DNA from: Myxococcales bacterium | GTDB taxonomy: Bacteria > Myxococcota_A > Polyangia > Polyangiales > Polyangiaceae | DNA length: 64,000 nt | Direction of reading: 5' to 3' | Assembly: GCA_043747615.1 (NCBI GenBank) | Contig: JAYTOU010000038.1 | Location: 61,992 to 125,991, forward strand | Part shown: in pieces, positions 1-9,798 of the stretch | How positions within the stretch are numbered: position 1 is the first letter of the stretch | Layout of the letters: each line of letters opens with the position of its first letter | Notes under the pieces: model-generated | The model's input: the letters and a program-made list of their open reading frames with translations, nothing else | Database searches by the model: none | What the model was told of the DNA's origin: nothing | Made by a program: the position numbers and the translations under genes

Positions 1-72
1 CGACGGCGGGATCCCCATGCAGCGAAAACCGGTGCGCCACGACTCCCGAGTGCCGGCGACGCGCGCGAAGGA

Positions 73-1530
73 TCAGGCTCCGCGGGCAGCGGCGATCAGC
101 TCGGTCTTCAATGCGGCGAGCGCCGGAGTCATCCCCACCGGGTAATACGACGGCGCTTCAAGGCGCTGGTGTTGAGGGTGAAGCGCGGCGACGCTCGCCA
201 TCGAGTACGCGCGAATGTCTCGCGCCGGCTGGGGCAAGCTCACCCGCTTTCCTTCGCGCATGACGTTGGTGAGGAGCTGCGCGCTCCTCGCGGACTTGAG
301 CCGCGAAGGAAATCCGGTGGCTCGTTCGGTGAAGCGAACATCGCGGACGTCGTGAATGCGTTCGTTCGTGGCGTGAGCGACATCGGCGATCGGATGCCCG
401 TCATCGTCGAAGTAACGAACGATCACCTTTCGCCCGGGATCGCTCGAGGCCGCCGCGGTGCGACCGAGGCGGATGCGCGGATTCCAGTTGCCGTCCGATT
501 CGATGGCCGCCAGATCGTATTGGGCGACCCACGACGCGTCGTCGACGTCGAGAGACGAGACGATGAACCCCGAGACCGGCACGTCTCCCCGGCAAAGCTC
601 CGCGATTCGAAACTCGTCGATGCCGCCGGAGGCCACGATCACGGGCGGACCGAGGCCTGCGGCCGCGAACGCTTGGATGGCCATGCGCGCGATTCCCGCG
701 TGATCTCCGCCGCTGATCTCGATCGCGAGCTCTGTGTCCTGCCAGGTAGACGCCGAGGACTTACGCTTCCCGAGCGCCTCGATGGCGTGCCCGAGCGCGG
801 TGGCCGCCTCGCGATGATCGATGCGCAAGATGGCGCGCTCACCGGACGCTCCGAGCCACGCATCGAAGGCGCTCTGCTCGTTCGGAGCAGCGAGGACGAG
901 GCGAAGTGGAAGGGAGGCCCGCGCCGGAATTCCGTAGCGTCGAGAGGCAAGCGCCGAGGTCGTGCCGTGGGCGCCGCCGACGTACGCCGCACGCGAGACC
1001 AGTGGATTCCCACCGAGACGATGAGCCGTTGCGCCACTTGATTCGATCACCTCGCCACCGTCGGCTGCGAGAACGCACCGTGCCGCTTTGGTCGCCGCTC
1101 GCGTGGCTGAGTCGAGCGCGCTTCGTACGAACGAACCGACGAGCTGGGCCTGCCAGAACGGACCTTCGATGGTGACGACGGGCTCGGACGCAAAGACCAC
1201 GCTCCCCTCCATCGCCGCGTCCACATCGCACGAGAAACGCATGTCCGCGAGCCGTCGCTTCGAGCGCGCATCGATGGCGCCGATGGACTCGAGCCAGGAA
1301 AGCTCGTCGGCCTTTGGCTTGAAACGCTCGAGCGCGTCCAAGAGAGGCTCGACGCCAGCGAGGACGAAGAAGCCCGTCTTGGTGCCCTGCCGCGCGAAGG
1401 AGCACTCGAACGTCGAGCGTGCATCGGCAAACCCGCCGTGGATCGCGGCCGTCGCGGCCACGTAGGCGTCGAGCTCGATCGAAAGCGCGCTGACGGGAAG
1501 GAACGGGGGAGGCGGAGCGGGCGTCGGCAT
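73..1530 (-). CDS. Nicotinate phosphoribosyltransferase (PncB)-like protein with degenerate catalytic motifs
   Basis: Scaffold matches NAPRTase along its length (EGSVVFASEP, ATKAAR, RAAYVGG, PGRKVIVR, YPVGM), but FGxRR, GTxAHS, DTYD and RLDSGD are altered. Start set at ATG 1530 to avoid overlap with nrtR. Confidence 0.8.
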   Translation of the reverse strand: MPTPAPPPPFLPVSALSIELDAYVAATAAIHGGFADARSTFECSFARQGTKTGFFVLAGVEPLLDALERFKPKADELSWLESIGAIDARSKRRLADMRFSCDVDAAMEGSVVFASEPVVTIEGPFWQAQLVGSFVRSALDSATRAATKAARCVLAADGGEVIESSGATAHRLGGNPLVSRAAYVGGAHGTTSALASRRYGIPARASLPLRLVLAAPNEQSAFDAWLGASGERAILRIDHREAATALGHAIEALGKRKSSASTWQDTELAIEISGGDHAGIARMAIQAFAAAGLGPPVIVASGGIDEFRIAELCRGDVPVSGFIVSSLDVDDASWVAQYDLAAIESDGNWNPRIRLGRTAAASSDPGRKVIVRYFDDDGHPIADVAHATNERIHDVRDVRFTERATGFPSRLKSARSAQLLTNVMREGKRVSLPQPARDIRAYSMASVAALHPQHQRLEAPSYYPVGMTPALAALKTELIAAARGA

Positions 1531-1588
1531 GGGCGATGAGCCTAGCCGACCTTCGCGAGGCTGTGTCGCGTGATACCCGTCACCCGAC

Positions 1589-2287
1589 CTACCGCACCCT
1601 CTTCGGCGTCTTCCACCGATACAGCTGTGCGGGCCGATGTGGCCCCGTGCGCCTCGTCGCCGCCGCCGGCTCGACCCATTCATGACGCAGGAGGCGCGCC
1701 CGAAAGTTTCGCTTGTCGAGCTCGCGACCGAGCACCGCTTCGTAAACGCGCTGCAGCTCCGAGAGCGTGAACCGCGAAGGAACGAGATCGAAGGTCGCCG
1801 GACGATTCGGCTGATTCAAGCGCTCTTGCAGCCGCGCGCGAGCAACATCGATGATCCGCGCGTGATCGAAGGCCAGCTTGATCGAGGGGCGATGCCGGCC
1901 GACCTGGGTTACCGGCAGCGTGCGCAGCGGATGCCAAGCCGCTTCTGCGGCGTCATCGCCGGCGACGACGGGGCGCGATTCAGCCACGGCAAACGTGTAG
2001 TACACAACGCTTATCGTGTGGCCGCGCGGGTCGCGCTCGGGATCTCCGAAAGCGCCGAGCTGCTCGAAGGGAAGGTCTCGTATGCCCGTCTCCTCGTTGA
2101 GCTCGCGCGCGGCGGCCCACTCCAGCGGCTCGTTCAGGTTCACGAACCCACCGGGCAGCGCCCACTGACCCTTGAAGGGAGCATGTGCGCGTTTGACGAG
2201 CAGAGCCGCGAGATCGCCCGCGCGCATCGCAAAGATCACGACGTCGACGGTGACCGCTGGTCGCGGAAATTCGTAGGTGTAGCGCAC
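1589..2287 (-). CDS. nrtR: NrtR family regulator (Nudix domain plus winged HTH)
   Basis: Nudix box GGFVNLNEPLEWAAARELNEETG, RDPRG, LAFDH, and C-terminal FTLSELQRVYEAVLGRELDKRNFR...RPAQLY; adjacent to a pncB-like gene. Confidence 0.92.
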   Translation of the reverse strand: MRYTYEFPRPAVTVDVVIFAMRAGDLAALLVKRAHAPFKGQWALPGGFVNLNEPLEWAAARELNEETGIRDLPFEQLGAFGDPERDPRGHTISVVYYTFAVAESRPVVAGDDAAEAAWHPLRTLPVTQVGRHRPSIKLAFDHARIIDVARARLQERLNQPNRPATFDLVPSRFTLSELQRVYEAVLGRELDKRNFRARLLRHEWVEPAAATRRTGPHRPAQLYRWKTPKRVR

Positions 2288-2296
2288 GACCCGAGG

Positions 2297-2317
2297 ATCG
2301 TGTGCTCAAGACACGAA
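2297..2317. promoter_or_regulatory. Predicted NrtR operator (21-bp palindrome with GT-N7-AC core)
   Basis: ATCGTGT-GCTCAAG-ACACGAA, 6 of 7 arm positions symmetric, 10 bp upstream of the nrtR start codon. Confidence 0.7.
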
Positions 2318-2318
2318 G

Positions 2319-3236
2319 TCAAACGCGTTTCGCCAACTCGCGGATGGCTTCGGGGGTCGCGGCTTCCTCGAAGAGCATCGGCAAGAAAGCCGGCGTCACG
2401 GGCAGCTCGCGTGACAAGCGCTTCAGGCTCTCCGCTTGCACCCGCTCACGTGTCGCGCGGTCTCGTCCGGCCCACAGCGCCGCTTCGCCGACGGTGTTCA
2501 CCTCGAACGTCCCCAGGCCTTCCAGCACCGCGCGCTCCTCGCGGGAGAAGAGCGGCGGCAGGACTCCATTCACGACCACTTTTCCGATCGGCAGCTGAAG
2601 CTCGCCCGTGAGCGCTGCAGCGAGCTCGATGGTCTCGCTCGTTGGCATCTCTTCCGGAAGGGTGACCAGGACGACCGCGGTGGATTTCGGATCCTGGAAA
2701 AATTTCCAGGCCGCATCGGCATCGCGCCGGAGGAGCCCATTCGGCACGACCTCGACGATCACCTTCGGCACCCGCAGCATGTCGAGCCCATGGCCCGTTG
2801 CGGGCGCATCCAGGATCACCACGTCGTACCGCCAGGAGCCGTCGGGGCGGGTCTCGGTCGTGTGCCACCACGCCTTGCCGAGCATGGTCCACTCGCTCAT
2901 CCCGGGGACGGCGCGGAAGAAGGTGCGGACGTACTTGTTGTCGAAGAGGAGCGAATAGAGCGCACGCGATTTCAGGGTGAGCATGCCGTACTCTTCGAGG
3001 GCCTTCTCGGGACTCATGTTCACCGCCCAGATGTTCGGTCCAACGGCAACCACCTCTTCGCAGATCAGGTCCGAGCCCATCATCGCCGAGAGCCGCTCCT
3101 TCGCGTTGCACATGGCGATGAGGACGCGTTTCCCCTTGGCGGCGAGCGCGAGCGCCTCTGCCGCGCAGACCGTGGTCTTGCCGACCCCGCCTTTGCCCGT
3201 GACGATCAGGAAGCGCTGGTCCGCAAAGCTCTGCAT
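2319..3236 (-). CDS. ArsA/Get3-family ATPase (single domain)
   Basis: GKGGVGKTT deviant Walker A, DAPATGH, VTLPEEMP. Confidence 0.88.
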   Translation of the reverse strand: MQSFADQRFLIVTGKGGVGKTTVCAAEALALAAKGKRVLIAMCNAKERLSAMMGSDLICEEVVAVGPNIWAVNMSPEKALEEYGMLTLKSRALYSLLFDNKYVRTFFRAVPGMSEWTMLGKAWWHTTETRPDGSWRYDVVILDAPATGHGLDMLRVPKVIVEVVPNGLLRRDADAAWKFFQDPKSTAVVLVTLPEEMPTSETIELAAALTGELQLPIGKVVVNGVLPPLFSREERAVLEGLGTFEVNTVGEAALWAGRDRATRERVQAESLKRLSRELPVTPAFLPMLFEEAATPEAIRELAKRV

Positions 3237-3305
3237 CGACGTTTCAAATAGGGGAGTCGTGCGCTTCGGGCAATGGGCGCCAAAGATGGTAGAAGGCGTG
3301 CCGGC

Positions 3306-4940
3306 ATGACCTTACGCATTTTCCCTCTCGGGGGTCTCGGAGAGATCGGCATGAACTGCCTCGCCCTCGAGCACGAGGGAGAGGTCATGCTCATCGATTG
3401 CGGGGTCACCTTCGACGATCGCGGAGTAGGGGTCGACGTCGTGCATCCCGATTTTTCCGTGCTCGATCGCTACGCAGACCGCATCCGTGGAGTCTTCATC
3501 ACCCACGGCCATGAAGACCACATCGGCGCCCTCCCCTATCTCTTGCGGCGATTCGACGTACCGATCTGGGGGCCGCCGTACGCGCTGGGTCTCGTGCGCG
3601 AACGTCTCCGGGAGCATGAGGTGCTCGCCCACGCGAGGCTCGCGGAAGCCAAGCCGCGCGCGCACTACGAGGTCGGGCCTTTTCGGGTCGAGCCCATTCG
3701 AGTGACCCACTCGATTGCCGACGCTCTGGCCTTGGCGATCACCACTTCGGACGGCACCGTCGTGCACAGCGGCGATTTCAAATTCGACGAGACGCCGCCT
3801 GACGGCGAGACCTTCGACGAAGCACGCCTCAGCGAGCTCGGGGACGCGGGGGTGAATCTTCTGTTCTCCGATTCGACGAACGTCGACTCCGACGGGACGA
3901 CGGGGAGCGAGCAAGGCGTCGGCGAGGCCATCGAGCCGATCATCGAACAGGCCGAAGGAGCCGTCGTCGTCGCTCTCTTCGCCTCGAACGTGCATCGCCT
4001 TCGCATGCTGGGAGAAATCGCGAGGCGCACCGGCCGGAAGATCGTGCCTCTTGGTCGGAGCATCCACACCCACAGCCGCGTTGCCCACGCCACGGGATAC
4101 CTCGACTGGCCGAGCGACCTCGTTTGGCCGTCCGAACGCGTACGCGAGCTGCCGCGCAAGGCGATCCTCGGGCTCGCCACGGGAACCCAAGCCGAGGGAC
4201 GTGCAGCCCTCGCGCGTTTGGCACACGGCGAACATCCGCACCTCACGCTCGGTCGCGGCGACACGGTGGTGATGTCGAGCCGCATCATCCCCGGCCACGA
4301 GCCAGAGGTTCACGCGCTGATGGGAGATTTTTTGCGGTTGGGAGTGACCCTGAAAACGCGGGTGACCGATCGTGGGATTCACGTGAGCGGGCACGCGCAT
4401 CGCGGTGAGCAAAAGAGGCTCATCGATCTCGTGCGTCCGAGGGCTTTCATCCCGGTGCATGGAACGATTCACCACTTGCTGCGCCATGCAGAGCTCGCAC
4501 GTGAGTGCGGTGTCGCGCGCACCCTCGTCCTCGAGAATGGCGACTTGGCCGAGCTGAAAGACGGCGCGCTCGACAAGGTGAGTCACGTCACCGTCCCGCG
4601 CGTACACACCTTTGCCGGCCACGCCATCCCGGTGGGTGTCATTCGTGAGCGCATGGCTCTCGCTGAAAACGGTGTCGCGTTCGTGCATGTTCCCGTCGAC
4701 GGCGCTTGGCGGATCAGCGGCGAAATCAGCTTGTTCTCTCGAGGCGTTCTCGACGACTCGAAGGACGCTCACATCCTGGCAACGGTGCGCAACGACATCC
4801 GCGCAGACATAGAAGCGTTCGGCGGCATTCGCGACGAAGCCTCCCTCGCCGAAGCGGGCCGTCTCGCTGCGCGCCGGAGCTTTTTTCGCCTCCGCGGATC
4901 CAAGCCTCTCACCACCGTCTTTGTCACGAGGAATGGATGA
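3306..4940 (+). CDS. rnj: Ribonuclease J
   Basis: PLGGLGEIGMN, THGHEDHIG, HVSGHA, PVHG metallo-beta-lactamase/beta-CASP motifs. Confidence 0.95.
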   Translation: MTLRIFPLGGLGEIGMNCLALEHEGEVMLIDCGVTFDDRGVGVDVVHPDFSVLDRYADRIRGVFITHGHEDHIGALPYLLRRFDVPIWGPPYALGLVRERLREHEVLAHARLAEAKPRAHYEVGPFRVEPIRVTHSIADALALAITTSDGTVVHSGDFKFDETPPDGETFDEARLSELGDAGVNLLFSDSTNVDSDGTTGSEQGVGEAIEPIIEQAEGAVVVALFASNVHRLRMLGEIARRTGRKIVPLGRSIHTHSRVAHATGYLDWPSDLVWPSERVRELPRKAILGLATGTQAEGRAALARLAHGEHPHLTLGRGDTVVMSSRIIPGHEPEVHALMGDFLRLGVTLKTRVTDRGIHVSGHAHRGEQKRLIDLVRPRAFIPVHGTIHHLLRHAELARECGVARTLVLENGDLAELKDGALDKVSHVTVPRVHTFAGHAIPVGVIRERMALAENGVAFVHVPVDGAWRISGEISLFSRGVLDDSKDAHILATVRNDIRADIEAFGGIRDEASLAEAGRLAARRSFFRLRGSKPLTTVFVTRNG

Positions 4941-5920
4941 GCGCGGGAGCTGCCTACTACGTAGCGCGAAAGCTGCGGAGCCTCGACGCTGAGCTCGAGC
5001 CGGCGGCGAAACGCGTTCTCGTCGCCGCCGACGACGAGGCCGTCCACGACATGCGCGTTTCCATCCGCCGGACGCGAACGCTTCTTAAGGTAGCGCGCCC
5101 CCTCTTTGGAAACTTCCACACAGACGCGGTACGGCGCGCGTTCGTCGCGGTGCAAAAGGCTACCGGCGAGCTCCGAGACGAGGAAGCGCTGGAAGAGACC
5201 CTCGCGAAAATCGCCCTGAAAAATGCTCCTTTTACGGCTTGGCGGCTTCGGCGAAAGGCGCGCGAGCGGGTGATGCGGCGGGCCGTCGTGCGGATGCTCC
5301 AATCAGGCGAGCTGACCCGGGCGCGCAAGCTGCTCCACGCGCTGGTGACCCTCCCCGTAAAGCCGGCACGCGATCGCGACATCGCCAAGTTTGCGCGTAA
5401 GAGCGTGGAGCAGGCTCGGAGAGGGGTCGAGGCGCATCGCGACGCGAAGACGGACGACGCAGAAGCGCTCCACGAGCTACGCATTGCCTACAAGCAGCTT
5501 CGCTACGCGATCGAGCTCTTCTCGGACGTGCTTCCCATCGACATCACCGCGGCGCGGGAGCCCGCCGTCCGCTTCCAGAAAAAGCTCGGTGAGATCCACG
5601 ATCTGGACGTCGCCGTTCTCACGATCGCGCGCGCCCGCGGCCTTCTCCTCCACACGAAGGAGCTCGCCACGCGCGCGCTCGTGACAGAACGCGCGAGGAG
5701 AATCGAGAACTACGCGCGGGAGATGACGCGCTTGGTGAGCCCAGAGGGGGTCGAGCCCGCGCCCGAAGTGCTCGCTGTTGTGAGGCCGACGGTCACGGCG
5801 TCGGAACGGACGCGCTCCGGAAAATCTCGACCTTCTTCAGAACAACCGGCTCCTTCGGTCGATCCTGCGCAGCCGTCGGCACGCGCGCGATCTGGGCAAC
5901 GAGGTCCCCGCCGGCGATGA
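4937..5920 (+). CDS. CHAD domain protein
   Basis: [46 protein letters not shown] overlap with the rnj stop codon. Confidence 0.88.
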   Translation: MSAGAAYYVARKLRSLDAELEPAAKRVLVAADDEAVHDMRVSIRRTRTLLKVARPLFGNFHTDAVRRAFVAVQKATGELRDEEALEETLAKIALKNAPFTAWRLRRKARERVMRRAVVRMLQSGELTRARKLLHALVTLPVKPARDRDIAKFARKSVEQARRGVEAHRDAKTDDAEALHELRIAYKQLRYAIELFSDVLPIDITAAREPAVRFQKKLGEIHDLDVAVLTIARARGLLLHTKELATRALVTERARRIENYAREMTRLVSPEGVEPAPEVLAVVRPTVTASERTRSGKSRPSSEQPAPSVDPAQPSARARSGQRGPRRR

Positions 5921-6368
5921 CCTTGCCGAAGACCGAGTGGCGGTCGTCGAGGTGCCCGGTCGACTTCTCGGTGAGGAAGAACTGCGAGCCGTTGGTGCCC
6001 GGTCCGGAGTTCGCCATCGACAGAATGCCCGGGCCGGTGTGGCGAAGCTGGGGGTGGAACTCGTCCTTGAAGCGGTAGCCGGGACCGCCCGTACCTTGGC
6101 CGAGCGGATCGCCGCCCTGGATCATGAAGTTCGGGATCACGCGGTGGAAGATCGTTCCGTCGTAGAGCGGCGTGCTCTTCTTCACTTCGCCTGACTTCGG
6201 GTCCTTCCACTCCTGGGTCCCCATGGCGAGGCCCACGAAATTCTTGACCGTGTTGGGCGCGCGCTCTTCTTCGAGCTCGATCACGAGGTTGCCCATCGAG
6301 GTGTGGAACCGGGCGTAGAGCTTCCCCGTTCCGGGGACGTTGATTGCGGGAAATTGGGCGTCGGGCAT
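5793..6368 (-). CDS. Cyclophilin-type peptidyl-prolyl cis-trans isomerase
   Basis: [36 protein letters not shown]. Confidence 0.95.
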   Translation of the reverse strand: MPDAQFPAINVPGTGKLYARFHTSMGNLVIELEEERAPNTVKNFVGLAMGTQEWKDPKSGEVKKSTPLYDGTIFHRVIPNFMIQGGDPLGQGTGGPGYRFKDEFHPQLRHTGPGILSMANSGPGTNGSQFFLTEKSTGHLDDRHSVFGKVIAGGDLVAQIARVPTAAQDRPKEPVVLKKVEIFRSASVPTP

Positions 6369-6475
6369 CACAGGCTCCAGGGGAAAATGACGGAGAGGAG
6401 GTACCACGGGGCGCGGCCTTTCGAAAGCCACAAAACTCCCCGAAATTGCCGAGGTTGTGCTGCTTATCACTTCGC

Positions 6476-6505
6476 TTGACCGTCTTCACCGCGCCGCGTG
6501 ATACT
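6476..6505 (+). promoter_or_regulatory. Possible sigma70-type promoter for the FHA gene
   Basis: TTGACC-N18-GATACT about 50 bp upstream of the start codon, followed by a GGAGG RBS. Confidence 0.35.
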
Positions 6506-6552
6506 CCGGGCGCTGGTCGACCAGCGAAGCGGCGGACGAGACGGAGGATTTT

Positions 6553-7605
6553 GTGATCGGATGCTCCAAATGCGGCAAAGAGAATCAGGACCATTATAAG
6601 TTCTGTCTCGGCTGCGGTGCAGAGCTGCCGCGCGACGCGGCAACGAAGGCGTTCAACCCGGGCACTCCTCCTGAAGGAGTAAAGGCCGTTGCCAAGCCCG
6701 CCGGAGCACTCGACGCCACCGCCGCTGCATCACAGAAGTCACCGATCGCCGATCTCCCGCCCCCCGCGGTCATCGCAGCACCCGTCGCTGCGGTCCCTGC
6801 AAAAACGAGCTCGGTCGCTGCGGTTCCGCAGACGCTCGGCGGCGTCCCCTGTCCGCAATGCGGTCATCCGAACACCGGGAGCAACGTCTTTTGTGGCTCG
6901 TGCGGCTTCCGTCTCACGGGCGCTGCTTCGAAGTCCGTGGCCCCACCGCAGGTTGCTCCGGCAGCGACCGAGGGCGGAGTTCTCCTCACCGCTCTGCGCG
7001 CCGACGGAAGCGAAGCCGGCACCTACAATCTTCCGGCGGGCACGGTTCTCATCGGTCGCGACACGGGCGGCATCTTCGCCGGCGACAGCTACCTCTCCCC
7101 GCGCCACGCCACCTTCCGCCAGCCTGCCGCCGGCAAGCTCCACGTGAAGGACGAAGCGTCGCTCAACGGCGTTTACAAAAAACTGACTCCGAAGGTCGCC
7201 GTCGAGCTCCTCGCCAACGACGTCTTTCGTATCGGACAGGAGATCATTCGGTTCGAGCCCCTCACGCCACTGCAGCCTTCCCCGGATGGAGTCGAGCGCC
7301 TCGGCGCCCCGGCAAAAGGCTACATCGGTCGCATCGCGCTCATCACGGGCCGCGACACCACGGGCAACGCTTTCCCAGTTCCCGAGGCGGGCATTCACCT
7401 TGGCCGTGAGCGCGGAGACGTGCTTTTCCCGGAAGACGGCTACGTCTCGGGGCTCCATTGCCAGCTCGAGTACCAGGCAGGCAAGCTCACCCTGACGGAT
7501 TTCGGAAGCTCGAACGGGACCTTCATTCGCCTGCGAGCAGAGGTCGAAGTCGTCACCGGCGATGTCCTTCTCATGGGGCAACAGCTCTTCCGAATCACGA
7601 TGTAA
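6553..7605 (+). CDS. Zinc-ribbon plus tandem FHA domain protein
   Basis: Two CxxC...CxxC ribbons; two FHA repeats each with GR, SxxH and NG. Confidence 0.88.
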   Translation: MIGCSKCGKENQDHYKFCLGCGAELPRDAATKAFNPGTPPEGVKAVAKPAGALDATAAASQKSPIADLPPPAVIAAPVAAVPAKTSSVAAVPQTLGGVPCPQCGHPNTGSNVFCGSCGFRLTGAASKSVAPPQVAPAATEGGVLLTALRADGSEAGTYNLPAGTVLIGRDTGGIFAGDSYLSPRHATFRQPAAGKLHVKDEASLNGVYKKLTPKVAVELLANDVFRIGQEIIRFEPLTPLQPSPDGVERLGAPAKGYIGRIALITGRDTTGNAFPVPEAGIHLGRERGDVLFPEDGYVSGLHCQLEYQAGKLTLTDFGSSNGTFIRLRAEVEVVTGDVLLMGQQLFRITM

Positions 7606-7609
7606 CTGG

Positions 7610-8020
7610 ATGCCGTCTCCGCGCACCATCCGTGTCGTCGCGGCTGTTCTCGAGCGAGACGGCCGCTATCTCATCACGCAGCGCAGGCCGAGCGCCGTCC
7701 TTCCGTTGATGTGGGAGTTCCCGGGCGGGAAGGTCGAGCTTGGTGAGAGCGACGCGCAGGCCCTCAAGCGCGAAGTGCTCCATCGCCTCGGCGCAGACAT
7801 CGAGTGCGGCAAGTTGATCTCGTTCGTCAGTCATCCCTACGAGCATTACGTCGTCGATCTGTTTCTCTACGAGTGCCGCCTCGTCCCCGGAGACCGCGGG
7901 GAGGGGCTCGAGCCCAACGCCGTCAATGCGTTCAAGTGGGTGGCGAGCACGGAGTTCGATCAGTACCCGTTCACGCCCGCCGACGAAGCCTCGATGAACA
8001 AGCTTCTCGGCGTCGTCTAG
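7610..8020 (+). CDS. Nudix hydrolase, MutT/NudG-like (deoxy)NTP pyrophosphohydrolase
   Basis: WEFPGGKVELGESDAQALKREV. Confidence 0.85.
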   Translation: MPSPRTIRVVAAVLERDGRYLITQRRPSAVLPLMWEFPGGKVELGESDAQALKREVLHRLGADIECGKLISFVSHPYEHYVVDLFLYECRLVPGDRGEGLEPNAVNAFKWVASTEFDQYPFTPADEASMNKLLGVV

Positions 8021-8022
8021 AA

Positions 8023-9723
8023 CTACTTCGGCAAGTCGAGCGTGCACAGGGCGAGAACGCGCTCCCCCGAGGCCGCGAGGATCGCCATCGGCAGATCAAT
8101 CGAGAGCAGGCCCGCTAGCTGAACGAGCGCTGTCATCACGTGCTTGTCGCGGCGCTCGGGGTCGAAGGCGGTGATCATCCTTCGCGGCGGACGAAGCACC
8201 TCGGGCGCGAGCTTCTCGCCGCCTACTCCGACGCGCTCGCGTGCCGTGGCGAGAGCGAGGTCGAAGCCGCCGAGCTTGTCGACGAGGCCTCGCAGAGCGG
8301 CGTCTTTTCCCGTCCACACCCGGCCCTCGGCGACCTTGTAGATCTCCTCGGTCGTGCGCTTTCGGCCGTCGGCTACGACCTTCACGAAGCCCTGATAAAT
8401 CCCTTCGATTTCTTGATTGACCGCGCCAACCTCGTCGACCGTGAGGGGTCCGATCGGGTCGAGCAATCCCGCGCGCGCGCCGTACCGGAGATGGCTCGTT
8501 GCGACCCCGATGCGGGCGAGGAGTGCCTCCGCCTCGAAGCGCGCGGCGACGACACCAATCGATCCGGTGATGGTGGTCGGCTCGGCGATGATGGCGTGCG
8601 CCGGCGCAGCCACGTAGTAGCCACCGCTCGCGGCGACGTTGGCCAAGCACGCGACGAGCGGCTTGTCTGCCGCGAGGCGAACGAGCTCGTGATGAATCCG
8701 GTCGGAGGCAAGCGCACTGCCGCCAGGCGAGTCGACGTGGAGAAGCACCGCCTTCACGTGTGGGTTCTGACGCGCGCCGCGAATGATCTGAAGGAGATCT
8801 TCTTCTCCAGCCAGACCAAAACCGAGCGGGCTCGACGTGGCGATCGCCCCATGCACGCGCACGACGCCAACGACCCCTGGCGTGCGAAGCGGGGACAGAC
8901 GGGCCGAGCGGCGCATCCGCACATACGCTCCAGCGTTCACGATCGCGGCTTTTTTCCCGGGCTCCGCGAGTCGATCGAAGATCTCATCCTCGTACGCCTC
9001 TGCGTCCACCAGGCCCGCGCGGACGGCGTCTGCTGCTCCGTAGGGCGCGCCGTCGACGATCGCCCGAGCCCGCGCGATGTCCACGTGACGTCCTTCGGCG
9101 ATGCCGTCTACGAGCTCGTCGTAGTAAGTGGTGAGGATCGCATCCAGCTGCTCACGCTGCGCTTCGCTCATCGCGTCCCGGGTGAGTGTCTCGCCGGCGC
9201 TCTTGTAGCTCCCGCGGGCAAAGATCTGCGGAGTGAGCCCGACGCGGCTGAGCGCTCCTTTGAGGTAGCGTGCGTTTACCGCAAAGCCCAAGGGGGCAAG
9301 ACTAGTCTGCGGTCCGCAGAAGATTCGGTTCGCCGCCGTCGCTACGTACACCTCTTTTGCGCCCGCCCCCATCGGCAGGTGAACGATCACCTCGCGTCCG
9401 CTCGTTCGTAGTCGGGTGAGCAGCGCGCGCAGCGAAGTCGCGGTCGACATTCCCCCCTGGAACGATCGGATCGTAAGGAGTAGCCCTTTCGGCCTGGAAT
9501 CCTCGAGGATTTCGTCGATCAAGAGCGAGAGCCCATGGAGGGTCGTCGCCGGCTTTCGCCTCCATTGCCACGGGCGCGGAGGCGGCTCGATGTCCGTCAC
9601 CCGTCCGTCGATCTCGAGAGCGATGAACGCTCCTTGAGGAGCTGCCTGGCTTCGCCGGTAGAGGGCGAGCGGAAGGAAGAGCAACTTGATGAGGTTGCGG
9701 AGGAGCCGAAAGAGGATGCGCAT
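8023..9723 (-). CDS. sppA: Signal peptide peptidase SppA (S49, long form)
   Basis: YKSAGE, VDSPGGSALASD, AASGGYY, TGSIGV, EGRVWTG. Confidence 0.93.
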   Translation of the reverse strand: MRILFRLLRNLIKLLFLPLALYRRSQAAPQGAFIALEIDGRVTDIEPPPRPWQWRRKPATTLHGLSLLIDEILEDSRPKGLLLTIRSFQGGMSTATSLRALLTRLRTSGREVIVHLPMGAGAKEVYVATAANRIFCGPQTSLAPLGFAVNARYLKGALSRVGLTPQIFARGSYKSAGETLTRDAMSEAQREQLDAILTTYYDELVDGIAEGRHVDIARARAIVDGAPYGAADAVRAGLVDAEAYEDEIFDRLAEPGKKAAIVNAGAYVRMRRSARLSPLRTPGVVGVVRVHGAIATSSPLGFGLAGEEDLLQIIRGARQNPHVKAVLLHVDSPGGSALASDRIHHELVRLAADKPLVACLANVAASGGYYVAAPAHAIIAEPTTITGSIGVVAARFEAEALLARIGVATSHLRYGARAGLLDPIGPLTVDEVGAVNQEIEGIYQGFVKVVADGRKRTTEEIYKVAEGRVWTGKDAALRGLVDKLGGFDLALATARERVGVGGEKLAPEVLRPPRRMITAFDPERRDKHVMTALVQLAGLLSIDLPMAILAASGERVLALCTLDLPK

Positions 9724-9798
9724 TGAGTGGAGTATGCCAGGCGCCTGCGCAGAGGCTTCCCTCAGGTGCAAGCTCTAGCGAACGTGACCGCGGCGCGT

